Below, piece by piece: positions 25,121 to 37,939 of a stretch of DNA of 64,000 nt. The translations under genes and the position numbers were made by a program. Within the stretch, counting starts at the first letter, position 1, and every line of letters begins with the position of its first letter. The notes under the pieces are model-generated. The model made no database searches, was not told the DNA's origin, and saw only the letters and a program-made list of their open reading frames with translations. Source of the DNA: the human T2T-CHM13v2.0 reference genome, Homo sapiens; assembly GCF_009914755.1 (NCBI RefSeq), contig NC_060933.1. The stretch is one strand, 5' to 3'.

Positions 25121-27535
25121 CAGGCATACCTTGGAGATACTGAGGTTATATTCCAGACCACTGCAATAAAGTGAATATTGCAATAAAGTGAGTCTCACAC
25201 ACATTTTTTGATTTCCCAGTGCATATAAAAGTTATATTTATACTGTACTATACTCTATTAAGTGTGAAATAGCATTATGCCAAAAAAGTACATACCTTAA
25301 TTAAAAATACTTTATTGCTAAAAAGTGCAAACAATCATTTGAGCCTTCAATGAGTTGTAATCCTTCTGCTGGTGGAGGGTCTCGCCTTGCTGCTGATGAC
25401 TGTTGACTGATCAGGGTGATGATTTCTGAAAATTGGGATGGCTGTGACAATTTCTTAAAATAATGAAGTTTGCTGATCTATTGACCTTTCCTTTCATAAC
25501 ATATTTCTTTGTACCATGTGATGCTATTTGATAGCAATTTATCCACAGTAGATCTTCTTCCAAAGTTGGAGTGAATCCTTTCAAATCCTGCCACTGCTTT
25601 AGCAACTAAGTTTGTGCAATAGTCCAAATACATTGTTGTCATTTCAATAATGTTCATAGCATCTTCACAAGGAGTAGATTCCATCTCAAGAAACCACTTT
25701 CTTTGCTCATTCATAAGAAGCAGCTCCTCATCAATTAAGGTTTTTATCATGAAATTACAGCAGCAATTCAGTCACATCTTCAGGCTCCAGTAAATCATGA
25801 ATGTTCCTAATGGCATCTAGAATGGTGAATCTTTTTCAGAAGGTTTTCAATTTACTTTGCCCAGATCCATCAGAGAAATCACTCTCTATGGCAGCTATAG
25901 CCTTACAAAATGTGTTTCTCAAATAATATGAATTGAAAGTGAAAATTATTCCTGAACTCATGGGCTGCAGTATGAATATTGTGCTACTATGCATGGAAAC
26001 AACATTAATGTTCTTGTACATCTCCATCAGAGCTCTTGGCTGACCACGTGCATTGTCAATGAGCAGTAATATTCTGAAAAGAATCTTTCCTTTAATCAAC
26101 AGATCTAATCAATGGACTTAAAATAGTCAGTAAACTGTGCTCTAAACAGATGTGCTGTCATCTAAGCTTTGTTCTTCCACTTACAGAACACAGGCAGGGT
26201 AGGTTAGCATAATATGTTTGTTTGTTTTTTGAGATGGAGGTCTTGCTGTAATGGCCAGGCTGGACTCAAACTCTCGGGCTCAAGCAATCCTTTCACCTCA
26301 GACTCCCAATTATAGGTGTGCCACACCACCTGGCTCAAGATTTAGCATAATTCTTAAGGGCCCTAGCATTTTCAGAATAATCAATGAACACTGGCTTTAA
26401 CCTAAAGTTACCAGCTGCATTAGGCCCTAACAAGAGAGTCAACCTGTCCCTTAAAGCTTTGAAGCCAAGCATCGACTTCCCCTCTTTAGCTATGAAAGTC
26501 CTAGATGGTATCTTCTTCCAATGTAAGGCTATTTCATCTATACTGAAATTTCATCTATCCTGAAAATCTGTTGTTTAGTGTAGCTTCCTTCATCAGCTAT
26601 CTTAGCTAGATCTTCTAGATAACTTCCTGCAGCTTCTACATCAGCACCTGCTCCTTCACCTTCATTTTTTTTTGTTATAGAGATGTCTTCTTTCCCTAAA
26701 TCATATGAGCCAACCTTTGCTAGCTTCAAACTCTTCTTTTGCAGCTTCCTCACCTCTCTCAGACTTCATAGCATTGAAGAGAGTTAGGGCGTTGCTCTGG
26801 ATTAAGCTTTGGCTTAAGGGAATGTTGTGGCTGGATTGACCTTCTATCCAGACCACTCAAACTTTCTCCATATCAGAAATAAGACTGTTTTGCATTTTTT
26901 AAAAAATCATTTGTGTGTTCACTGGAGTAGCATTTTTAACTTCCTTCAAGAACTTTTCCCTTGTATTCACAACTTGGCTAACTGGCACAAGAGGTCTAGC
27001 TTTCAGCCTATCTTGGCTTTTGACATGTCTTCCCAAATCAACTTACTCATTTCTAACCTTTGATTTCAAGTGAGAGACATGCAACTCTTACTTTCACTTG
27101 AAGACAAAGTCATTGTAGGGTTACTAATTGACCTAGTTTCAACATTGTTGTTTCTCAGGAAATAAGAAGGCCTGAGGAGTGGGAGAGAGTCAGGGAATGT
27201 TTGGTTGGTGGAACAGTCAGAACAAACACAATATTTATTGATTAAATGTATCCTTTTATATGGGTGGGGTTTGTGGTGTCCCAAAACAGTTACAATAATA
27301 ACATCAAAGATCACTGATCACAGATCACAGTAATAGGTATAATAATAATTAAATAGTTTGAAATATTGCTAGAATTGACAAAATGTGACACAGAGACATG
27401 AAGTGAGCACATGATGTCGAAAAAATGTCCCTGAATAGAATTTCTGGATGCAGAGTTGCCACAAACATCAACTTATTAAAAATGCAGTATTCACAAAGTG
27501 CAGTAAATAAAGCACAATAAAACAAGGTATCCTTG
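25121..27535 (-). mobile_element. Near full-length Tigger1 DNA transposon with degraded pogo-like transposase
   Basis: TIR caggcatacct... and ...aggtatccttg, both flanked by TA. Minus-strand peptides [54 protein letters not shown]. Confidence 0.93.
26214..26338 (-). mobile_element. Alu monomer (FLAM-like) inserted into Tigger1
   Basis: gagatggaggtcttgc...ggctcaagcaatcc. TSD ttagcataat (26204-26213, 26342-26351). Confidence 0.8.
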
Positions 27536-27630
27536 TATATGTAATCATGCTTTACTCTTTTGGAGAGTACATAGTTGTAATTAAAAGCAGAGCTTGTGAC
27601 ATCACTCCTTTTTTTTTTTTTTTTTTTCAG

Positions 27631-27732
27631 GTCAAGAAAATTACATCCCTCCCAGAATGCGAAGATATAAACATGCTCTAAGGAGGTATGACAGCTATGC
27701 TCAAGATTCAGGTGCTCAGATAATTAGACGAG
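27631..27732 (+). other. Candidate internal exon (102 bp)
   Basis: Long poly-T tract plus CAG| acceptor, branch-like gtgac about 30 nt upstream, and consensus donor GAG|GTAAGT. Confidence 0.4.
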
Positions 27733-28343
27733 GTAAGTAGCAGAACTTTCAAAATGATGGTCGAACGAGGGCAGTTCCCATTTGTGTGTGGCATGCACAC
27801 ACATATGCAAACACACACATGGCCCAGGCCAATGGCTTACCTTTCCAATCAGTTTTCTTACCTACTTAACAGAAGAAATGTATTCTTATATTTTCCTCTC
27901 TGTTTTAGCTATCTAACTATTGTGAAGAAGTAACTTTGTGAATTGGTGTGTGCAGTTACCTAAAATATCTTGAGTACAGATACCCAAAATATTCTGGAAT
28001 TTTCTTTTGCGATTGTCTTCAATGCTAGCTTACAAGTTATTCAAGATAATGAGTTACTTTACTTTATAGTCACCTCTTATATTTATAGAAAGTCATATTC
28101 CATTTGATCCCTCACTTTATCACCCTTGGCTCTGAATAACTTCTGGATGTTTCAAATGTGCTTCCAAAGGATAAAAATTTTCCATCCCTTAAAGAATGAA
28201 CATTTGAGGATGTTAAGAATGCATTCTCGGGATGATGGCAATTCCAAAGAGGACTCCCTGTGCCCTGGACTGCTCCTCTCCCCAACACAAGATTTTGAGC
28301 AATTGCAACGTTGTTAAAATAACTAGTTGTTAAAACTCATCTC

Positions 28344-28461
28344 AGCTGGGTGCCATGGCTCATGCCCTTAATCCCAGCAAGGCGGACAGTGGGGGATTGC
28401 TTGAAGCCAGGAGTTTGAGACAAGCTTAGGCAACACAGAGGGACCCCATCTAAAAATAAAA
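28344..28461 (+). mobile_element. Alu monomer (FLAM-like)
   Basis: gctgggtgccatggctcatgcc...ggattgcttgaagccaggagtttgagac...accccatctaaaaataaaaa. Confidence 0.8.
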
Positions 28462-29332
28462 AGCTTATCTGTTGTTCAAGGATACACCATTTATTTGATG
28501 GTTTATTTAGGTTACATGGTTTATTCAAACCTTGAACATCGAGGAAACCTCAGAGGGGTGAATGTACTTAAGACGCTTGATAATGTTTTTGTGAGTTGAT
28601 CAAGAATTCTGTATTCTTGCTTCAGTTTTATGTTAAGAGAAATTGGAGTCTCCAAAGAATAAAGGCGTACACTTCTAGTAAAAAGCCAGTGGTGGACCAG
28701 ACATGGATCTGGCTTTGCTGATTTCCTCCCCTCCAATTCTCTGTCTAAAATCCTTGCAAGACTTGATGGCAAGGCAATGATAGAAGGTTGTGGTGTTGTA
28801 GGATGCTCACTAGATTGGAATCAGAATATTCCTGGCCAGGAATCTGGGTGTCGATCAAATGTGGCAGTACCTTTAAAAGCACTTGCATAGTGCCTGGCAC
28901 CCAACTGGCACTTCAATGCTGATTTTGAATTTGAAATTTAGAAGTTAAAGCTATAAAAGTGAAGGCCTACTGAATTTTATATACACAGCTTAATAATGGG
29001 ATAAGAATGCATGCTATAAGAGGTCAGGCTTTTAATAACCCAATACAGTGAATCTCTTAGTTCTCAATAAAAAGAGTGTAAAAAAGATGAAAGAATCTAG
29101 CCTATAATTATTCTGCCAGGTCATGAGGTATAAGCAGGTAATTTTAGAATGTTCTATAACTGTACTTTATAGATTGCATTAAGTCGGGGTAGTAATTTTT
29201 TAGGTTTCGTGTGGCAGGGTTTATTTCTGAATATAGAAATGTTCAATTCATCATGCAAAAATTTTTACATAGGTAGACCTCTTCACTATCCCAAGTTTAT
29301 TTTATTTCCATCTACGCACACTCATTCAAAAC

Positions 29333-29388
29333 ATGCATGCAATGTATGTAGGCATGCACGCACACATGCACACACTCACACACACACT
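29333..29388. repeat. Degenerate (CA)n/(CATG) microsatellite
   Basis: catgcacgcacacatgcacacactcacacacacac. Confidence 0.7.
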
Positions 29389-30479
29389 CCTCAGTACATG
29401 AAAATTAAAGCTAAGTAGTCATAATTGGTCACCTTTTGCCTTATAATTTGGATTTTAGGAAAAATAACCCTCTCCTATTTTCCTCCTTTTGAGAAAACTG
29501 TAGAGAAATATATTAGCATTCTCAAATGTATTGGCCTCATGTATTTTCTTTCTTCCCTTGCATGTAAACCTTGTAGTCTTGCCAAGGTTTTCTAATATTT
29601 GCATGTCAAACACAGATTACAAGCCCCCTGGGCTGGATTCACACTGGCCTCTTGGCTTTTTACAAAACGTTGCATAGCCTTGTCACTAGCTTGATGTTAA
29701 AGCAAATAATGCTAGCATCCTTAGTAAGGCCTTTGCCCTGAAAACTGAGAAAATCCGACCACAATAAACATGCTGAGAATAAAATCAGTCTCTGCTATAA
29801 TTATTAGGCCAGAGACAGGTAAGCACAATTATTTCTGTACTGAAAAAAAACAGGTGGGTAGTAGCTGGCTCTGCACTGAGGGGGCAAAATGCTTGAAGTC
29901 CAGGGATGTTCAATCTATAAGCTCATATGTGTCCAACACCCACTTATTCCCTCCAATACATTTTCCCCTTGATGCTATGCCTTCTTTTTGTTTTTAAAAG
30001 CAGTCTTAAATTGGTTACCATTTTTTTCCCTTCTCATACTTCTTCCTGTGCTTATAGGCAAGGGACAGTAAATTAAGCATATCTAAGGATTTAATGCTCA
30101 AAATCACCTTGGATAATTGGCTTATGGGGTTGAGGCATGCTTTTCCCTCAGTCTCCTAGTATTAATGCTATTTCTCCTCAGAGGGTACATCTGTCAATAA
30201 TTGATGAAGCCTTCTTGGGTAAATGAGCTGTTTCTTGGGACATTATAAATCATATTTGGAATCAAGTTTATTTTCAAGCTGCTTTTGAAGTCTCGATGCT
30301 GTGCTAACTGAACAGAAAATGTTAAATGTTTGAGGGAGTAGTGCAAGCTCTCAAATGCTAACGGCATGAGCTGGACTTAAAAAAACAAATGGGATTTATA
30401 CCCTCTGAGGCAACAAGAACACATCTGGTTTGTCAGCAAAGCATATGTAAGTTTGGCAAGGGTCTTCCAGAAGGAAATT

Positions 30480-30700
30480 GCCTGAGTATCTACTGCGTGC
30501 TGAGCACTGCGATTCACGATTCACTTGGGGCATCTGAGTTAATCTTCAGAACAAACTCATCTGGCAGGTGTTACTACAATTTCTACAGATGAGGGAACTG
30601 AGGCTCAGAAATGTTGATAACCTCTTCAATGCACTCAGAGAGCAAGTGGTAGATTTGAAATTGGAATCAGTTGGATTGTGAAGTCTTCAGTATTCTCGCT
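30480..30700 (-). mobile_element. MIR
   Basis: tacagatgagggaactgaggctcagaaatgtt antisense MIR core. Confidence 0.8.
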
Positions 30701-30743
30701 TCACCAGAAGTCAGACATGCTCTATGACGAGGTCTTCATTCTG

Positions 30744-30871
30744 TGTTCAGTGGTGTCCTGGTGATCTCTGTGTATTTGGTGTTAAGATTGAGGTCAACAG
30801 TCTCTTATGTTCAGTGGTGTTCTGGTGATCTCTATGTATTTGGTATTGAGATTGAGGCCAACAGTCCCTTA
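30744..30871. repeat. 64-bp tandem duplication with 6 transition differences
   Basis: tgttcagtggtgt(c/t)ctggtgatctct(g/a)tgtatttggt(g/a)tt(a/g)agattgagg(t/c)caacagtc(t/c)ctta x2. Confidence 0.95.
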
Positions 30872-30962
30872 TCAGCAAACCTCTTCTGGGTCTCTCAGCT
30901 TTGTTCCAATTCCAGTACAGATACACTTTTATCTGTTTTATATAGAGAGGTTTGGCATGATC

Positions 30963-31268
30963 TTTTTTTTTTTTTTTTTTATGTTTTAGACAGCATTTCA
31001 CTCTGTTACCCAGGCTGGAGTACAGTGGTGCAATCTCGGCTCGCTGCAACCTCTGTCTCCTGAGTTCAAGCAATTCTCCTGCCTCAGCCACCTAAGTGGC
31101 TGGGATTACAGAGGTGTGCCACCATGCCTGGCTAATTTCTGTATTTTTAGTAGAGACAGGGTTTGACCTTGTAGGCCAGGCTGGTCTTGAATTCCTGGCC
31201 TCAAGTGATCCACCTGCCTCAGACTTCCAAAGGGCTGGGATTACAGGCGTGAGTCACCGCGCCTGGCC
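30963..31268 (-). mobile_element. AluS (AluSx/Sz-like)
   Basis: Full dimer. TSD tggcatga (30953-30960, 31269-31276). Confidence 0.9.
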
Positions 31269-33429
31269 TGGCATGAGATTTTGATAATAAAATTTTGCTG
31301 CTAAAAGAAACATGTAAACCACAGCTGGGTGAGAATAATAATAATAAACTATCTTATAAAATAAGGCTATTAGCATATGTAAGAACATGACTGATATGTA
31401 AAAAATTGGGAAATATTTTCTCCTTTTGATTCAAAAGACATACTCAAAGAACATTCTAGAATTACTCTACTCTAAGCATTGCTGCAGGGTGAGTGCTGAG
31501 CTCAGAGTCAGAGCTCTAGGTTTTCACTTTTGCTCAGACATTATCTTACTGTGTGCTGTTACTTCCCTTTCCTCACTTTGCACATTAATAGGCTGGAGAT
31601 GAGAGTACTCGCTCTAACAACCTCAGATCCTTATTGTGATCACTAAAGGAGACGAAAGATTTAAAAACTAGTTTGAAAAAGAAAGAACATGCCTAACATA
31701 GAAGATATCACTACGATTAATACTGCATTTTCTATTTTTTAGGAGGTTGAAAAATCACTGTAATTTTTCTGAACATTATAGTTCAGATTTCAAAGACAAA
31801 ATGTTAAGAGTGGAGGGTATTTTGGCATGGGACAGATGGGGACATAAAAGGCATAAAACCATTTTTAAAAGCTCATTCAGAATAATTATTTTAGAGATAA
31901 TGGCTTATTAAGTTCATAATATCAGCCCTTGAGTTCTAGTTATTCACAATATTGGCTGCTGCTCATTTTTGAACTTTCTAATGAAAAGATAGACTATGAA
32001 TCACTTTGCCTCATTTTTTTTCAATCTCTCCTAATTGTCAGGGCAAATATACACTAGATTTGAAAGAATGAAATTGCTGACATGAGACCAAAATTACTGT
32101 TTGACTCATGCCGATTGAGATAAGGAGGAATTGTTTCCTGAATGCTTCTCTGCCCATTATTCCTTCTTCCTTCCCCTCCTTTACACCTACTTTTCTTTCC
32201 TCTCTTCCAGCAGACATTTGTTAAACACTAATATAGGCACACATGAATTGAATACAGTGTCTGCTTCAAAGCTTCTCAGTCCAGCATCTAAATAAATACA
32301 CACTTCACTGTGATGTAAACTATGCCAGAAGCCTATCTTCACCTTACTAACACCATCACAAACAGCATGGGAGCCCAGAGAATGGAATGCCCAATTATTC
32401 CTGGGGAAGTCCAGAAAAGTGAATATTTAGCAACTAACAGCTTGGGCGATTTCCTCTCTACATTCCAGCTTCTTTATTTCTAATCAGTTCCAGTTCAACG
32501 CACTTGAAATCTACTCATGCTCTTGAGCCTTGTGAGTACAAGGATGTTCCTCTGATGAAATCCTGAGAACTTTGTCTATCTCTTGCTCTCTTGATCCCTC
32601 TTTCTAGCTACATCTGTTTTTTTTTTAACCTCTCGAAGACCCCAAATCTGTAGATATCTACCTCCCTGATTCTCTTTCTTTCCTTTTTTCCTCTATATTC
32701 TTCCTCCTCTATACCTCTTCTTCTTTCATCTCTCTCATGCACTCTCTCTCCCTGCCCTCCTTTGGCGAAGTTAGGGACAAGAAGGTTGGATTTGTTATGG
32801 GACACCTGAGGAGAATGTATGGGGAAAGTTTAAAAGAAAACAAAATTGAGAACCAATGGTTTAACTTCCCCCCTCCTTTACTGAATCCTCTCTGGATTTT
32901 CCATAATGTTCTCAAATTCGATTTTCAGTTACTTCTGGCACTGACAGGAGGAGCAAATAGTTTCTAAGTAGTATCTAAGGGGGCAAGCCCTTCTTCCAGG
33001 TAAGTTTGCAGTTGATAGTGCTAGTATGAATTGTGTAATTAATGTCACTTGGCACAACCAGACCTACTTAAGAATTTTGTTTTTTGGAGGCATTCTGTCT
33101 CTCGGTCATTACAGGGCAATAGCTCCAACAAGCACTTTGCCCTGAAGCAGAGGCAAGATCTGCAGCACCCTTAAGTGTAAGGGCTGTTCACTATGAATTC
33201 AAATAAGAATTAAATTACAGAGAAAGATTGAAAGGAAAATTGCAGGTGATTCTGTCAGCCTACTTTCTATCCAGCCAGCTACCTAATCATGTCTCCTTTT
33301 CCCTGTTGGGCTATTTTTTTTTTTTTTTTTTTTGTCCTTCTTGAATTCAGGTGGTGGGCTCACACTGTCATAGCAGGTTCAGATCAGCAGGAACATGTCT
33401 GAAGGTTTCAGAGTTATCTCCTGGCAGTC

Positions 33430-33620
33430 TACAGAGGCACACAAAGCACGCAGTCTTTGGAGACAGGCTGCTTTGGCTCAAATTCTAGTTCTACTCCCTA
33501 TTTTCTGTGTGAGCTTGCATAAGTGACTAAGCTCTGTAAATGTGTAAGACAGGACAAATAAAATTATCTTTGTTCCAGGGTTGTGTGAGGATTAAGTGGA
33601 GTAACAATTAGCTCTGTCTA
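33430..33620 (+). mobile_element. MIR
   Basis: ggctcaaattctagttctact...ctgtgtgagcttgcataagtgact...gggttgtgtgaggattaagtgga. Confidence 0.75.
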
Positions 33621-33749
33621 TTCATGATGACAGTGCCTTGTATTTATTGAACACTGAAATTTTACTATGTATAAGATACCTACAGAAACCAGTAAGAACA
33701 TTTAGGACACTGAATGAGGATAAAACTTCCCCTGATTCTTCTACAGTTA

Positions 33750-34468
33750 TATTACCGGAAGGAGGGCCTTGAGTGTAAATGTCCAGGTCCTTGGCGTTTT
33801 GAACAAAGAACCGGACAAAACGCACAAAGTAACAAAGGAACAAAACACAGGAAGGGAGCAGCAAAAGCAGGACTTTATTAAAGCAAGAAAGCACTCCACG
33901 GGGTGGAAGTGGGCCGGAGCAAGAGGCTAAAGGGCCCGGTTACAAGGTTTTCTGGGTTTTAAGTACTTTTTTTGAGGACTCTATTGGTTACCTGTTATCT
34001 GAAATGAAGGATTTGGTCTTTGGCTAATTATAAGGCTGAGGTGAATTGGCGCTCTATGCACACGAAGGGATGGTCCTTGCTAGGCCTACGGTCAATCCGA
34101 GGCAATCTCCCTTTCCATCTGAGATGTGGTGGAATGGGGAGGGCTATAGGGAGAGTAGCCTTTGATCCTTTGTTACTTGGCCTGGGGCGATGGGGTTTTT
34201 CCTCTGGGTTTAGCTTTAGGAAGTTTGCGTTAATTGGCCTTAGGTTCCCTGCCCCTAGACCCAGGTGTTTTCCTTTTGATCCAGCTTTGGGAAGTCAGCA
34301 GGAATTGGCCTCAGATTCCCCAATCCCAGACCTTGGTGTTTTCTATTTTAGGAAGTCAGCACAAATTGGCCTCAGATTCCCTGCGCCTAGGAAATCAAGG
34401 TGTTTTTCTTTGATTCAGCATGAATTGGTCTTAAGTGCCCTACCTCCAGACCTTATTCTCCTGCCTCA
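33750..34468 (-). mobile_element. Solo MER51-family ERV1 LTR
   Basis: Reverse complement begins tgaggcaggagaataaggtctggaggtaggg. Internal aattggcct..attccc..ggtgtttt repeats. Perfect 4-bp TSD gtta (33746-33749, 34469-34472). Confidence 0.88.
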
Positions 34469-34672
34469 GTTAGGCAACCCCACTTTGGTGTTTGTCCAGG
34501 TAAATTTAAATAACTTTTTTTAGTATTTGTTTTTCTTAGAATATCACTAGGCAATCACGCTAGCTGACACTGAGTCAGACCCTGAGATGACTGTTTTACC
34601 TTCAACAGCTCATTTAATTCTCCCCAAAATTTTGCAAGGTAGGTGAAAATAATTTCATAACAAAGATGGGAC

Positions 34673-35403
34673 TGAGAAGTGAAGCCGGCTGGGCTTCTGG
34701 GTTGAGTGGGGACTTGGAGAACTTTTCTGTCTAGCTAGAGGATTGTAAACACACCAGTCAGCGCTCTGGGTCTAGCTAAAGGTTTGTAAATGCACCAGTT
34801 CGCACTCTGTAAAAACGCACCAATCGGCACTCTGTGTCTAGCTAAAAGTTTGTAAATGCACCAATCAGCACTCTGTAAAATGGAGCAATCGGCTCTCTGT
34901 AAAATGGACCAATCAGCAGGATATGGGTGTGGCCCAATAAGGGAATAAAAACTGGCCACCCGAGCTAGCAGCGGAACCCACGAGGGTCCCCTTCCACGCT
35001 GTGGAAACTTTGTTCTTTCACTCTCCACGATAAATCTTGCTGCTGCTCACTCTTTGGGTCTGCACTACCTTTATGAGCTCTGTAACACTCACTGTGAAGG
35101 TCTGCGGCTTCACTGCTTAAGTCAGCGAGACCACGAACCCACTGGGAGAAACAAACAACTCCAGAGGCGCCACCTTTGAGAGCTGTAACACTCACTGCAA
35201 AGGTCTGTGGCTTCACTCCTGAGGTCAAGCGAGACCACGAACCCACTGGAAGGAAGAAACTCTGGACACATCTGAACATCTGAAGGAACAAACTCCGGAC
35301 ACACCATCTTTAAGAACTGTAACACTCACCAGGAGGGTCCGCGGCTTCATTCTTGAAGTCAGCGAGACCAAGAACCCACTGCAAGGAACCAATTCCAGAC
35401 ACG
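34673..35403 (+). mobile_element. Solo LTR12 (HERV9 LTR) inserted in a MIR
   Basis: tgagaagtgaagccggctgggcttctggg start, repeated tgtaaa..caccaatc units, gggaataaaa, three ctgtaacactcac..gagaccacgaaccca units, aattccagacac end, TSD ggac. Confidence 0.93.
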
Positions 35404-35879
35404 GGACTAGTGAGGCTTAGAAATGTTAGGTAGTTTGTCTGTGATTTATACTTAGGCCTGTCTGCTGCTAAAACCTTTGCTTACCTACCACACTATGGTT
35501 TTGATCAGCCAGTTATTATCACTAGATAGCTCATCTTTTCTGAAATTGCCTGGCACTTCCATAGTGGATTTTGAAATGTTCCTTTTCTAGCCTTTGGGTA
35601 CTTATTCAAAATTCTGACTGTTCACTTATTTTTCTGCATACTCAGGGATTTTATCCTCCTGGCTCTTTTGCCCATGGGGAGAGCCCTTTGCAGATCTAAA
35701 CCTATTTATTCTCTAAGATCTAGGTCAGAACCTATCTTGTTTAAGAAACATCTCCCTAGTTAATATGTGTATACTCTCGTTAGTGCCACAGTAATCTCGC
35801 ACTCTGTAAATTCTTATTTTTGCATTTTGAAGCAATATAACATGATACAGCAGTTAGTCATTTTTATATTGAACTAATC

Positions 35880-37200
35880 ACAGTAAGAGCACTTACTGAA
35901 CATTTGCTTGGTGCTAAACTCTTTACAAAAATTCTTTCACTTAATCTCATGAGAACTCTGCTAGTTTAGTATACCTGTTATGCTCCTAATTTTATAGAAG
36001 AGAAAATTGGGATTTGGAGAAAGTCAGTGACATGCCTAAAGCTACAAATATGATGAAGCCAGGATTCAAATGGTCTCACCATGGAGCCCAATCTCCTACT
36101 CATTATTTTTTTGCCATCCACTTTAGTCCTGTGTTCTCAAATGCAATGCAAGGTAGCCCCTAGAGTTAATCATGTCCTAATTACCAAGGCACTCAGTGAG
36201 GAAAGGTTCATGGATCAGTGGATGTTTTTCGAGTCCCTATAAGGTGTGTGGGATAGAGGATGGTATAAACAGAGGTCAATTCTAATTCTCACCTAATGCT
36301 CTGGACACAGGCACACCAAACTACCTCAGTCCACTTACAGCACTTCTAGGAATCCTCACCTGTCGAATGTGTGATGAGGAGCTATTGACTTCTAATAGAG
36401 ACAGGGAGAAAATCAATGGATGGGTGTCCAATATCTTGAATTGATGATATTAAGGGCTCCACTACTCCATTTCTGGCAGTCAGTTGGATCCATTGATCTC
36501 ATTTACCTTAACTACTTTTGAGAAAAGAGGTTTTTTAGCTTCTTCCATGTCTGAAGAGACATGCATGAAGAAAATGTAATTTTCTTGAAAATATGAAGTT
36601 GTGTATGAAAGAGAAGATCATTAGCTATGAGGATGAGAAGATAAGGGAGATTACAATGTAACGTGGTTCTCTGCATGCAAAGTCAACATAATCAAGCCAT
36701 AACTTGAGTGTTTACTCTATGTCAGGCATTACTCTAAGAAGCTTTCATATATTTAGCTCATATAATCCTCACAACAACCCTATGAGGTTGCAATAGTTGT
36801 CTTCGGATTATCATAGATGTATCAACAGTCATGAGAGACTGAAGAATGTGTCTGTGTTCATGTAGGGCCAAGAGTCACCATTTAGTTTTTCTGACACAAG
36901 AGGCCAAATTCTAACTCGTTTGCTGTACTGTCTCTAGTGGGCTGGAGAAGATGGCAGATAACTTCTCCTTACAAATTTTGAAGGCAAAATTTGGAAAGGA
37001 AGGAAGGAACAGAGAAATAAATGACCTACCTAACGTGCGCTGGGCTCTATACATTGTGAAGGCATTATATATATCTACAACTTTTAGGGTGATAATTATT
37101 TATTCATTTTACAGATGAGCTTCAGAGGTTAAGTGACTTCCTCAATGCCACTTTGTTGGCAAATGGAGGACTCAGCTTTGAATCATCCTTTGCTTTGTAT
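35880..37200 (-). mobile_element. Cluster of three antisense MIR fragments (about 35880-36110, 36690-36930, 37030-37200)
   Basis: gagcacttactgaac...gaagagaaaattggg; aatcctcacaacaaccctatgagg; cattttacagatgag...gaggttaagtgactt. Confidence 0.7.
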
Positions 37201-37939
37201 GCTATGCTGAGAAGTTTAAATAGGAGACCCTTCCTGCTTCATAAGATACCTGTAATTCATGGCAACATTTAAATTCTTTGCTTTTTTCCAGTTGACGAAC
37301 AGCTTATATCCTAGCACCCTGTTTTTGTAGGCTTAATTAACAAAGTGTATATGCTACAAAAAAGATTTAATGAAAATCTGCGTGATGTGGCAGGATAAGA
37401 GGTCACTCACTGGATCAAGGTTGAAGGGTGATGCTTTTCAGAGTTTTAACTTCTTTATTACCTTGCTCTATGGAGAAGGGAGAAAGCTACTTTTTCTTCC
37501 TGGGGTTTAGTCTCTGTAATGGAAGACTTGGATGAGATGGTGTCAGTGTCCCTTACAATTCTACAACTCTGTGATTGTGTCAGGGCTGAACTGCATAGAG
37601 TCCAAGCTTTGGAAAGATCCCGGAGAGTATCAGTGCCATCTCCCAATCCTTCTACAGCTTTGCAGACCTAATCCAGGCCTTTATGTCTCTTGCCTGGATT
37701 CTTACCTCTGTCTCTTATTTTGCTTTTAGATGTCAACTTGGCTCAATACCCAAAACAAGCAGCGCATTTGAAACATTCTTGTATAACACAAGTCTAAGTA
37801 ACCCATTGAAAAAATGTTGAACTCTCATGAAGTGCCTTACTTAACTAGTTTAACGACCTCTCATGGGAACATGTAGAAATATCACAAATATAAGATCTGT
37901 GTCCAGATATTTAGTAATGATACATCCATACCTAAACAC

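Noticed and set aside
30270-30292. miRNA-like word gctgcttttg with short palindrome
   Set aside because: Stem too short for a pre-miRNA and does not match a mature miRNA I know.
32660-33005. Pyrimidine tract and CAG|GTAAGT donor at 32999
   Set aside because: No clearly paired strong acceptor; isolated donor consensus sites are frequent by chance.
34020-35325. 167-aa and other ORFs with internal peptide repeats
   Set aside because: Products of tandem units inside the MER51 and LTR12 LTRs.
35080-35380. Regularly spaced direct repeats superficially like a CRISPR array
   Set aside because: Normal LTR12 U5 repeats. Intervening sequence is not unique spacer, the context is eukaryotic and there are no cas genes.
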